NCBI RefSeq assembly: GCF_009914755.1 | Contig: NC_060926.1 | Length of the DNA stretch: 64,000 nucleotides | Strand: one strand, 5' to 3' | Source: the human T2T-CHM13v2.0 reference genome, Homo sapiens | Part shown: positions 43,110 through 56,490 of the stretch, one piece after another | How positions within the stretch are numbered: the first letter of the stretch is position 1 | Layout: each line of letters begins with the position of its first letter | Notes under the pieces: model-generated | What the model saw: only the letters and a program-made list of their open reading frames with translations | Database searches by the model: none | What the model was told of the DNA's origin: nothing | Made by a program: the position numbers and the translations under genes

Positions 43110-46100
43110 GCACATACCCATTTTAAGATGAAATCGTTTTACCATCATTGGCCCACTTTTCAGCAAATGAATGCTAACACATTATCAAGTTTCCAAGCAA
43201 TTATTCAAATCAGTGGAATGTACAAGATTTCTCTTTTTCTATTACTAAAGATTGTGTTGAGTTGTTAACTGGTGATGTGAATGAACAACCTAAAGAGTAG
43301 GGTAGAATTTATTCTTATGATTAATAACAGATATCATGTGGGCTCTGGCATGCTCTGCAAGGCTTCACATTCCAAAGCAAGAGATCACAAGTTACCCATG
43401 ACATGATGGCATTTGGTTTTTAATGAGTGTATTTCATCTTAACTCATGTTGTCATGTGAAGCCATGATGTCACCTAAATGTAGTTAAGTCAGAAAAGGTG
43501 TCCTATTCTCCTAGTAAAATATTATTAGCATTTTACTAGTCTCTCGTATCCTATAATACAAGGCAAAGAGGGAATCCAAATGTCTATTATTTTTCTATGG
43601 TAGAAATGAACTTAGCATATTTTCAAGAAAAGACTACAGCTGTATGATTATATAACAAAGGCAATATTGTTCAGGATTTAGAATGAAGGAATTCAGAAAA
43701 TAAAATGCAAGCAATACATAAATGTCTATATCTTAGAGAGTTTAAAACTTACCTAGTTTATGTGTAAATCAAATATATCCAGTAATACTGTGTCTTGAGG
43801 AAGTACATGAAAGGTTATCCCCAACCCTGAGGAACACTGATGTCCCAACCTTGTTTTCAACTGCAGCACATTTGCCTAACAGGGACATATTACGCAACAT
43901 TGCACATAACACAGGAGGAGGATGCCAGTAGCTTGCCAGAGGTCCAGAGCCCACCCCCTTTCACAAGGTCTGATCCAAAGCAACACTGAACAGAGTACAG
44001 TGTCATTTGAGGGGAATAGGGCTGATCTAAGACCTTCAATAAGCTTCAAACCCACAGAAAAGTGACCCAGATCTTCACTGCAGTGTATCTGTTTAGAGGG
44101 AATGTGACGCCGACGAACCATTCTGGAGGATAATTTCCATGCTCCAGAATTTCCATGTGTTCCCTATGTCACCGGCAACAGCAGGTATCATAGTGTAGGA
44201 CCGCATGTTACCACAGGGTCTAGACCATGACCTTACATGAGGTAGGTGCCTGACAAAGTTTGTTTATTTACAAATTTTGCATGTATAGCAACTTGGTTGA
44301 CATTATCACCATCTTCATTCACTTTTATTCCAACTGCAGCCAAGAACCCAGCAGGAGCTGAATGGGAGGGGGACACTTTTGCAACAAAGTGCTTAATTAG
44401 TTCCCTCAGTTAAGAAATAGAGTGAGTCACAGGGTAGGATTAGAAAGAGAATGCAGATCTGTTTGGGCTAGTATGCTAAATTTAGCTAATGGTTAATTTG
44501 GTCCATCCTCAAGATAAGATGGAAGAAAGATATATTAATAAGTTGAACAGGTATGAAAAAGATGGGCTAGGGACACTCAACAGCTTTTAAGTTCTCTTGA
44601 AATTCACTTCCATAAAAACAGTTTCATTGTTTATAACTATTTGACAGAAGATTACCTCTAGCTCCAAAAGGACCAATTTTTAGTGAAAGCAAAATACTAA
44701 CATCCATTAATGCAGATAACTAAAATCCAACCACTATGCAAATGATGGTGTTTAATTTATCTGCCATGCCCAATTTTTGCTGAAATTATTCTGTCCACAT
44801 TTCCCTGCATGAGAGCTAGCACTAGGCTGCTTTGTGCATAAGGATGTCCACTGATTCAACCAGCAATGAAGACAACAAGCCCACCAGGAACCAGGGAGCT
44901 CCTTTCTGAGAGAGGTGGTTGTGATCCCTCATGGATCATAAATAGAGTCAGAATAGGGACCATGTTGGATCATGCCCAGAACTGCTCAGCTGAGAAAGCC
45001 TCTCAAGTAAGAGCCTGCTCTACTTTGAGTGGATGTTTTCATGAAGTCAAAATGCCTTGATGAGAGAAGAGCATGCTCTATAGTTTCCATGTGTTCAATC
45101 CTCAAAGTGCTTAAACTTTTAAAGAAAATGTTTCCGGGTAAGGAAATGATAAAAGGCCTTAGGTGTGGAGAGATAAAGATGAATTTTGAAATTCAGAAAT
45201 AAATTAAGTCGAAAAAATTGAAAAAAAATCAAATTTATTTTGTCTTTGTTTGCCCTAAACACATGAATAGATATAATCTGATGAAAGCAGTGCCAAGTAC
45301 TCCAGCAATAGCACCACCACCATAAAGAAATGACATCTAATTCTGTAAGTTATTTGGGTTTTTAATTTATGTAAACACTATCTGTTAGTATACTTCACCT
45401 TGAACTATAATTTATTGAACAATTAAAAATGCCAAGATACTAGTCAAGGAGATCTGGAGTAGAAGTTCTAGTAGACCCCTCTAGCTATGCTGGAGATAGT
45501 TGCAATGCCATTGAAATGATGTGCACATGATTTTGCAGAAGTAGCATCAGCACCAGGCATTTGCAAATGTGCTAAATTCTCCAGAACTTCAATGCAGGCA
45601 AAATGTTTAAGGACAGAAATAGAAAACTATGCTATAAACTAAAAGCAGCCTTGCAAGTAATTACATGCCCACTTCTCAGGGTGATAAATTACACTTGCTC
45701 ATGCTTTTTATACTTTTTCTATGATTTATGAGAAGATTACAGGTAATCTTTTTCTTTCCATTGATACTAGTAAAGTTGCATCAAGGCCATACATGTCAGT
45801 CTGGAATAAAAAACTGAGTATGATCTGTAGCCAAAACAGGTGGTGAAAGAATGTAGTAGCTAGGATGTGAGACTGAAAAATAAGCAGGGTGGGGGGGGTG
45901 GGGACTATTGAATCATTGAACACCAGTTTATGCCACTGGTAGTGCAGCTGTGAGAAATAAAACTCAACTGTGTTCACAATTGCAATTGACAACCTGAAGA
46001 CAAATGGAAGACCAGAGACAGACAGCTCCTAGAGATGGCTTGGCACCCATGAGTTTAGCCAGAACACTGTGCAAGGAAAATAGAATGCAGATGGGGAGAG

Positions 46101-46574
46101 AGGCAGCTGAGACATAAGGGAAGAGACTATAGGTATCAAGTCCATCAGGTGAACTTCAAGGCCAGGTGGTGGGCATGGGGCTGTGTCTGCTGTAGATGCT
46201 CAGAAATGGTCTCCTGGGAATTAGGCACAACCATGAGTTTCTCCCATAGCTACAGAATTTCCATGCCTGTAATATTTTCACCACTTTCCCAGGTGAATTG
46301 CAGTTTACTCCAAGACAACTCATCCCAGTCCAAAGTTTTTCTGTGGTCATGTGCTCTTTCATAGTGACCATGCCACCGTGAACTCTCCAGGCAAATGATC
46401 ACTTTTGCCAAGTCACCCAAATATGAACTTCATTGATATTTCTCTCACAATTCACAATTTTTTGAAGGAGTGGGGGCTGTCTTTTCATTGCCAGGACTTC
46501 TACCTTAGTCCATACCTTTTTAACATAAAGTTATTCCAATGACTTCTCAGAGGTTTTTTTTTTTTTTCCATTTC

Positions 46575-47150
46575 AGAATCTCAAATTTTAAAGAGTTGTT
46601 TGTGTCCAACCTCCTCCTGCTGTAGGAAACCCTTCTAAAGCAATCTTGGTCACTCAGACTCTATTTACTGTCCTCTGAATGAGAGAGAGGTCTTGCTAGA
46701 AAGTTTTTATAATATTGATTCACAAATAGTTCTAATTGTCCTACTTCTATTTGTTGACTGAACAAACATATGCCTTTTCTTTATAATAGCCTTACATACA
46801 TATAAAGATGACATTTATTTCTCTAATCATCTCCTCTACAGGTTAAATCATCCTGGTTCCTTCTCTCATTTAACTCATAAAATAATTTCTGTATTTCACC
46901 ATCCTGGCCATCCTTTTCTGTGCAGACTCCATTCTGCCATGATTCTCTTCAAATGGGTACCCAGACATAATATCCTGGCATAGTCCAAGCCATACTAAGA
47001 GCCCGGGCATTGTAATTTCTCACAAGATAATTTCAATCTATGCAGCCTAAGATATTTCTAGCTTTTTAATTGTTACTTTATGCTCTTGGCTTAAATTTAG
47101 TATGTCATCAATGAAACCCTCCAACTCCTTTATCTCTGCTACATGATCAA
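46575..47150 (-). mobile_element. L3/CR1 LINE 3' remnant
   Basis: GGTTAAATCATCCTGGTTCCTT...TCACCATCCTGGCCATCCTTTTCTG...ATGCAGCCTAAGAT resembles the antisense L3 reverse-transcriptase end. Confidence 0.6.
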
Positions 47151-49093
47151 TAGTATTACTTTTCATTCTTCTGAAGATATCCATGTGGATGAAAGATTAC
47201 GACTTAATGTTCAAACATGACCCAAAAAAGAAGTACAAAACTAGCAGATGGACCAATGCTGAACCTAAAAATTTAATTAATGATAGCCATCCTTTGCCAA
47301 AGAATGCTAGATATTTGTTCAGCTTATTTCCCTCTCACTGGGGCAGAGATAGTCTGGGGTTGGGTGGAGGAGGGGTAGAATGGCATGAACCTGAGTTCAA
47401 GTCACCAAAGAAATTGAATGTGTCCAACACATGGCAAGGCTTTCAGCTAGATAGAATGTAATCCATTGGGATTAGTAGAAAATAAATCTAGAAAGGCAAA
47501 CTTAGAAAATATTACAGAGGCTCTTAAAAGCTAGACAGTGACATTTTGTCTTTATTCAGTAGGCATCAGGAGAACTTAAAGATACTTTACGAAGTCAGTG
47601 ACAAAATAAGATGAACAACTAATATCCATATAGCAACCAGATATTATAAAGTAATTCTTGCAGACATCATGTATTAGAACCCCACTCTAGAAAGGTTGGT
47701 CCAATGGTGACATGGAACATGGAGTCAAAGCAGGTACAGGAATAACTCAGAGCCAGGAGAAACCATGCAAGAAAATGTGGCTTTCAACTAAGAGAGTATG
47801 AAGTCTTTAACCAGAATAAAGGAAAGCCAAGATACAATTGACAATGAAAAGGAAGTGACTGGATGTGGTGACTGATAGGATGTAAAAAGCAGCAAAATCA
47901 ATCATGACCACAAAATTTTAACTAGAAAAATGGTAGTTTTTAGAATAGTAGGGAGAAAACAGCAAGAGAAACTGGTTTTTTATGGTGTTGGAAAATGGTG
48001 GATTGATTGGGTGAATTAATATGCATGTGTCTCTTGGACATCTATTTTAAAAAGCTCAAGAGTAGAGAGTTGTAAATGTATGTGTAGCCCTTGGCAGTCA
48101 TATTGACATTAGTGGTATTGGACATGTGAAATATCTAAGTTACAGGAATAAATGAGAATTCCAAATGAGAGAAAGTAAAAAGACAAGAGAGAATATTATG
48201 AACAACCAAAGAAATAAGACCACCACCAGGAACACAGGAAGAGAACTTACATTGGGTTGTCATTCAAGGCAATGAGGGAGAAAAGATGGGTGGGGCCAGA
48301 GTGTGGGAGTAGCAGCAGGATTTAATGCTTACAGAGTCTGCAATTGATAAAGTCTGCAATTGATAGGCCCAGGCATGGACCAGTTAAACACATTAGCATA
48401 AGCCATCTAGAAGAAACTGGGATCTGGAATTTGACCTCTCCCTAGCACTAGGAGGACAAACCTATTTGCTGGGAGGAAGTTTACTAGAGCAACAGAACAT
48501 TGGCGTGGTTCAGAGATGTAGCTGGCACTCTTCAGAATTAAGTGATCTGCTGGAGAATCCAAGAGCAAGTGATAATGAGAGACTCAAAAAGGTAGAGCTA
48601 GTGGAGGCACATCCCAGTTATTCATCAACCAGGGGTTAGGAGAATCTCAGTCGCCAGGCTGGAATGCAGGGGTGGGATTCTGCTTTCTAGTGAAAGTGGC
48701 AATGCCCCAGGAAACTAGATGATATGGGATTCTAGGCAGATTCCAAAACAGATTCCAGTACAAGAAGTAAAACTGGGAGGCAGAAATTGGACAATATAAG
48801 AATTTGGAAGAAAGTCAAGGCAAAAAGGACAACATGGATAACTAGTTGTATAGTCTCAGAGCATGGGGCTAGAGACCCAAAAATTTCTGCCTAAGGTTAG
48901 GAATCTGAGTTTAAACCTGCAGGGGCTTCTAGCAGCTGCAGCTGTGAAAACTTTTTGAACTGTAGAGACTGAATTTGACAAAGAGACTGTATCTTTAAGA
49001 ATGAGTTTCAACTAGGGTATATGGAAGCTGGTGTGAAAGTCAAATTGCAAGACGTGAAGGAATGAGTGAGTGAAAAAGAATGCAATGCATGGA

Positions 49094-49890
<797 letters not shown>

Positions 49891-51635
49891 TCATTAAACT
49901 ATGGGACTGCAAGATAGAAGGAAGAGAAGGGCAAAGGAGTACACAAAGGGTATCTTGGCCAAGAGCCCATTTGAAAGTGCAGCCTCTAGGAAGCAGCCCT
50001 GGGCAGTAAGATCACGGAGGATCCAAGGCCTGTGTTTTAGTCCTCATTTAGCTTCTACTCCACCACGGAAGCCTGGACAAGTGCTTCTTCTCTCTGGGTC
50101 TCTATGTGCTCAGGAATAAGGGAGACAGCCTAGATCTTCTGGCTTATAACTAATTACAAACAGGTAGATCACAGATGTGTGGAAGGGAAGAAGAAGGGCG
50201 ATTGGAAAGGAAGATGTGAGCAGCTTCCGTGTTCTCAGTAAGTTAGGAAGCAGCATAACCTGGTGATGGCTATGGCTGGTGGTGGAGGGTGTCACCTAGA
50301 CTACTAGAATCAGATGAGAATCAGTTTAAGGGATGGCAGAGAACAGAAAGGCCATGAGAGACTGCAGGGCACAGTGGCTGAACTCTTAGCCAGGCCACTT
50401 CTGAATGCATCCTCAGTTACTCACACAAGTCTAAGTTATGAGACCTTAGACAAACTACTTAATTTCTCTAGACATGTTTCCTCATCTGTAAAATGGGAGT
50501 AATTGTTCCCTCATTATTTTCTTAAGGAATAATGAACACATTCAATAAGATAATGCATGTATAGCATTTCGTATATTGCCAGACCTATCAGTGTGCTCAC
50601 ACAAGCTAATGGTAGTTGAGACCAAAAAGAGGAAAACAAAGCCGATAGGAAATGATAGAAATTCATAGTGATTTCCAAGATTAGAGTTTTGTAACTTGCC
50701 CTTCTACTACCATTGTCTTGAAGTGAGTGTAGACAAGCAGTTAATGAATTCATAGCATGGCGGAAGAAGAGGAGGAAGTGAAGTGTTTCTGGAGGGCAGG
50801 TAGGTGGGTGACTGAAAGACTGATCAGACAGGCAGAGAAGAAAAATGGAAGGGCCATTTGATGACTAAGAAGAGAGAGGGTGACAGTCCCAGGGCCAAAG
50901 GCCTGGGGAATGTGGTTCTAGGTCAGAAGGAATTGGGTGAAGCAGGAGCTTTGGACCATGTGGTCAAAGAAATGAAACACAAAGCTTAAAGAATTGAAAG
51001 GAGTCATCCAGAAAAGTTTTTTTAGAAGAGAGAAAAATGAAAAGCAAGAGGCAAAGAAAATTTCTAGAACGAGGGACAAAATGCTGTGTTTTCTGACAAA
51101 GAAGGAATTAGGGGTGGGGAGAGACAATGTCATTATGTATTTTATATTTGTTTACTATTTTGCCACCTATATATCTTATTAGTTAAATCAAGACATTGAA
51201 TAAAGAGGAAGTAGTAATAAAACAAACACGAATAGAGGCCCTGGAAAGGAAATGGCTCAAAGGATGGCTTGGCCCTCTGAATCGTACTAATGGCTGAAGA
51301 GAGGGGAAGTCAAGGTCACTAGAGACTCAGAAGCTAAGGTTATGAACCCTGCACTGGGTGTTTTTGTCTTCCTTATAAAGTTATAGAGGCATTTCACAAC
51401 TATTTATAGTGAGGATGTTAGGCTAACCGTAGAACTAAGCCTAGTGAAAATCACCGTCAAGATTCACAAGCAATTGCCTCAATTATCATAACTTACAGGG
51501 TGCTTACTCAAGTGCCAGGCACTGTTCAACACAATCTTATTTAATCCCCACCATAAGACCCTATGAGACTATAGTTTTGCACATCTTACAGATAAACTGA
51601 AGCTCAGAGATGTGATTTCACTTACCTAAGGTCAC

Positions 51636-52015
51636 TGTATTAGTCTGTTTTCATGCTGCTGATAAAGACATACCTGAGACTGGGAAGAAAAAGAGATTTA
51701 ATTGGACTTACAGTTCCACAAGGCTGAGGAGGCCTCAGAATCTTGGTGGGAGGCAAAAGGCACTTCTTACATGATGACAGCAAGAGAAAAATAAGGAAGA
51801 AGCAGAAGTGGAAACCCCTGATAAATCATCAGATCTCCTGAAACTTATTCACTATCACGAGAACAGCACGGGAAAGACCACCCCCCCACCCCACCCCCCG
51901 CCCCATGATTCAATTGCCTTCCCCTGGGTCCTTCCCACAACACGTGGGAATTAAGGGAAATACAATTGAAGTTGAGATTTGGGTGGGAACACAGTCAAAC
52001 CGTCACACCATATCA
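51636..52015 (-). mobile_element. THE1C-type MaLR solo LTR inserted into a MIR
   Basis: TGTATTAGTCTGTTTTCATGCTGCTGATAAAGACATACCTGAGACTGGGAAGAAAAAG...CCATATCA; duplication (G/A)TCAC; MIR-like sequence continues on both sides. Confidence 0.9.
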
Positions 52016-53927
52016 ATCACTGAGGTGGTCAGTGGCAGAGTCAAGATTTAACTCCTCGAGCACTTTCTCATATTATAGATAAATTTCAAAGTGGAGGCAA
52101 GTTGTCAGACAATAGTTTATATTTTTCATTCAAAAGAAGATGCATGAATCACAATTATTTTTCTCTTAGTAATCCACTTTGTGAACTTCTATAATCCATT
52201 CTTCCCTGAATAACTTCCTATATTAGCTTGCCATTTTAGAATGTTCTCTGGAAAAATGTGTTTGGAGGTCCAATGTGGGAAAATTAAAATGGTAACTTCA
52301 AAGTATGGAACAAAAGTTGTACAAAATCTCAGTTTTCTGAGCATAGCAAGTATTAAAAAACTTAGCAATAAAGTCCTAAAAAATGTAATTGTTGCTTGGT
52401 GGCACTGTTAAATATGAATACTGTGGTCTTTTTGACAATTGTATTAATCCCTTTACAAAGCCTTCAGAAGTTCCATCACAGAAGCATGGATGCTGTTTTG
52501 ATCTATTTATTACTCTTAAGTGTTCAGAGAACTGTCCCTATTTTCTAATTAACACTTTTAAAGATAAAAAGCCATGTATTAAATCAATCTGAATGATGCT
52601 TGTTTGTGAATCCCACAAGATAAGGCAATTTGCATGTTCACTTTGTACTTCCAAACTAAATCTGCACATCTCCAAAGCAGCCCCTTATAATGTAAACCTT
52701 TTGTGAGTATTTGTAACTTGAAAGAAAGTTTGGCCTACTACAGAAGCAGTGCCAATTATCTAAAGGGCTTCATTACCAAACATGATTAAGATACAAATAT
52801 ATTGGGTTGTTATTTTATATTGTTTGCTGTGGAGTTCGAGGAAACGACTTTTAAAGCATCCAGGATTATAGATTATTACCTTTTTATAGGGGACTAACAC
52901 AACTCATTTCCCCCAACAGTTAACAGCTTTCAAAAGTAGCCAGTTGCCACTCATTTGGGGTAGAATTCCTTTGATATGAATTAAATTCCTTGCTGATGAA
53001 ATGCACCTTTCAGCGACCTGTTTGAGTTTCAGCTGATGCTGTAGCATGCTTCGTGATCTGAATTCTAGCACCGGTGCTAAATCACAGTGGTGATTTATTA
53101 TTGGATTTTCAGGACTGATGAGTCAGCACTGTAAGATGTTTACAAAATTAGGCTTTCAAGAACAATGGCACTTCTCTCATTAAATAGAAACCTTTGTTGC
53201 CCATACAGGCTATTGTTTCCACATGGTTGTGGTGTGATGTGTTCACACTTTGGGTTCACATCAGCTAGGACTTCTTTGCATTTGCAGAATCTGCCTTCAT
53301 TGGACTTAAAGTGTTCAATCAACTTTGAAACCATGTGTAAAGGCTCCAGTCCTCCAAATTCAAGAAAGAATCCATTATCTTTTCTAAACAGTTCAACCTG
53401 TGCTTTCCCTTTGCCAAATAATTCAAGAAACCAGAAATATCACGTTGGCTGGTGAAGTTGTATCAGATTTTTCTTTTTTTTCTAAAGAAATAGAAACCAA
53501 TGCCTTATATCTGTTGATCTCTTGTGAATGGCTCTGTAAAAGTTAAGACCTGGAAAAAGCTGTGAGGCAGTGGATGAGATGGCGGAAATGTGATGCTGAC
53601 TTTTTCTGGGGAAAAGCAGAGGGGTTTTTTGTTTTGTTTTGTTTTTTCTTCATTCAACAAATGTTTGTTGACCTTCTGTTGAATAACAGGTGCTGATATA
53701 TTATTATAGGTGCTATCAAAATGAACATAAACATGACATCCTTGTCTTCATGGAGTTTACTTTCTAGAAAAGAAAATGGACATAAAACAAACTCAAAAAC
53801 ACATAAAACAATATCAGCTCATAATTTCTATAAGCATTAGGCACATCCCCTAAAATTGAAATACTTTAAACTTCAGCAAATGCAAGCAAACTAAGGCCTG
53901 CTTATTCCCAAAACAATTTTGAGCTTA

Positions 53928-54248
<321 letters not shown>

Positions 54249-54718
54249 CAGCTCCCTTTATAACACAGCTTTTATACAGCAACTGCTTCTTAAGAGCCCA
54301 TGCACAGTTTTCATACTTTAGGTTCCATTGCTGACTATTCTGGGCATGTTTAGTATGACCCAACCCACAGAAAGAGCAACTTGACGACCTTTTGATGCCT
54401 CCTCTATCACTATTATTAGATAATTAACATGATCATAATTTTTGCTGTATTGTGTATCGATTATAATGAGACTAAGTATGGACAAATAAAACATATCAAC
54501 TCAAATCCTAAAGCAATGGATTTCAGCATTTGGCTCTTGTTCCTACGACAAAACACAAGGCAAATGATGTTCACACGTGGGACATAGTTCCATGGACGTG
54601 TCAGGATGTGTGCAATCCTCAGGACGTTAGCGATACCTCCAGCCTTTTCTCATTCACTCAAGAATGCAAAAGGGAATATCAGTGAGTGAGAATGAAATCA
54701 TTGTACAAATAACCTTGA

Positions 54719-55080
<362 letters not shown>

Positions 55081-56325
55081 TGAAAACTATTCTTAATCCC
55101 AAATTACTTGTGAACCTCCTACAAAGAATCACAACAAATGTATGTGCCACAACAGTGCACTTAGAACCACTGACCACAAGGAACTAAATTGTTCTAAAAT
55201 TAGATAATCATATGTGCTCTTTTTAGAAATTCATTATATAATTATAAAAAAATTTTTAGAAATTCATTATATAGTTACCAATAACCAAAGCCAATCACTG
55301 CCATAATTGAAACACTTAATTTGCTTTATAACTATAAACTTCTCCTTTCTCTCTTCAGTACTAAAGATTTGGTGGTAGAAGGGGGAGGGAGCTCTTAGCT
55401 CTTCCTAAAGCAGGTACTTCCTTTTCTCTACAGCCTGTGTGTCTTTCAGATCTCCACTGACAAGGTGTTGATATGTGGAAGTAGTTACCTCGGGTCAAGT
55501 GTTCCTGCAGCCAGGCTGCAAGTACTCACTTCAATGGAAAGCTCTGAGGTCCCTGCCAGCCCCTCTGGTCTACAGATGTCTTGGGATGCAGCCCCACCCT
55601 TTCTTAGTCACAGCAGTGGGATTTGCAAATGAGCAACACACCAGAGTTGTAACCAACCTTAAGGTGGACTTCAGCAGAAGGTAGGAAACTTGTTGGCTTC
55701 ATAAAAGTACTTTTTAATGTTTGATATACTTCACACAAAATTTACAAGAATTCCTTCATTGTCAGTTCAGGTGGGACACTTTGTTCTTTCTGTGAATGAG
55801 TCCTTTGCTTATTTTTGGGAAAATGTGGTTTTACATATCCTACGTTTAACGATAAATCCTTCTGAAATGCAAACTGAAAGCACACTTTCCTTCTCATTAA
55901 ATTCCATTATACCAAAAAAAAAGATCTAAGTATAACTAACAGCATCTACACAGGGCTGTAAACCAGAAGTACAGGACTGCCTTGTAAACAGTGCTACATA
56001 GGAAACTTGGGAAGGTCTGCCTCTCCGTTGTGACTCGACAGGCGATCGCTATGTGAAAGCAGATCTATGCATTAGACTAGATTCTTAAACCCAAATTTTA
56101 TGACCGTATAGCCTTGTAGGAGTTTTACTTTTATCATTGTGAAACAGGAAACATGCCTGATAGAAAATGAAAACAATAAATATCATTTCTATAGAATAAT
56201 GTGACTGCTTTTTGATAGGCAGCATCCTTGGAGCTTTGTTTTTCTGCATTTTAGTGAATGAATGAAAACTTTGTCAAATTTAGGACTTCCATGGGCATGA
56301 TAAAAAAGGCAGATTTTAAAAATTC

Positions 56326-56490
56326 AACAAGGAGAAGGAAAATATAAGAGAAGAAAAGGAAAAATAAAGGAAAAGAAGGGAGGACAAAGACATCGGGTGG
56401 AAGAAGCAAAAACTGGACAAGGAGAGAAGAAAGAAAGAGTAAGGAATGAAAGGAGAAAGGAAAGAAGGGGGAGTAAGGGAAGGGTAAAAT
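56326..56490. repeat. GA-rich low-complexity purine tract
   Basis: Predominantly A/G on the + strand for about 165 bp. Confidence 0.8.

Noticed and set aside
56020-56050. Small CpG cluster including GCGATCGC
   Set aside because: Only four CpGs in about 25 bp with no other support; compatible with chance.
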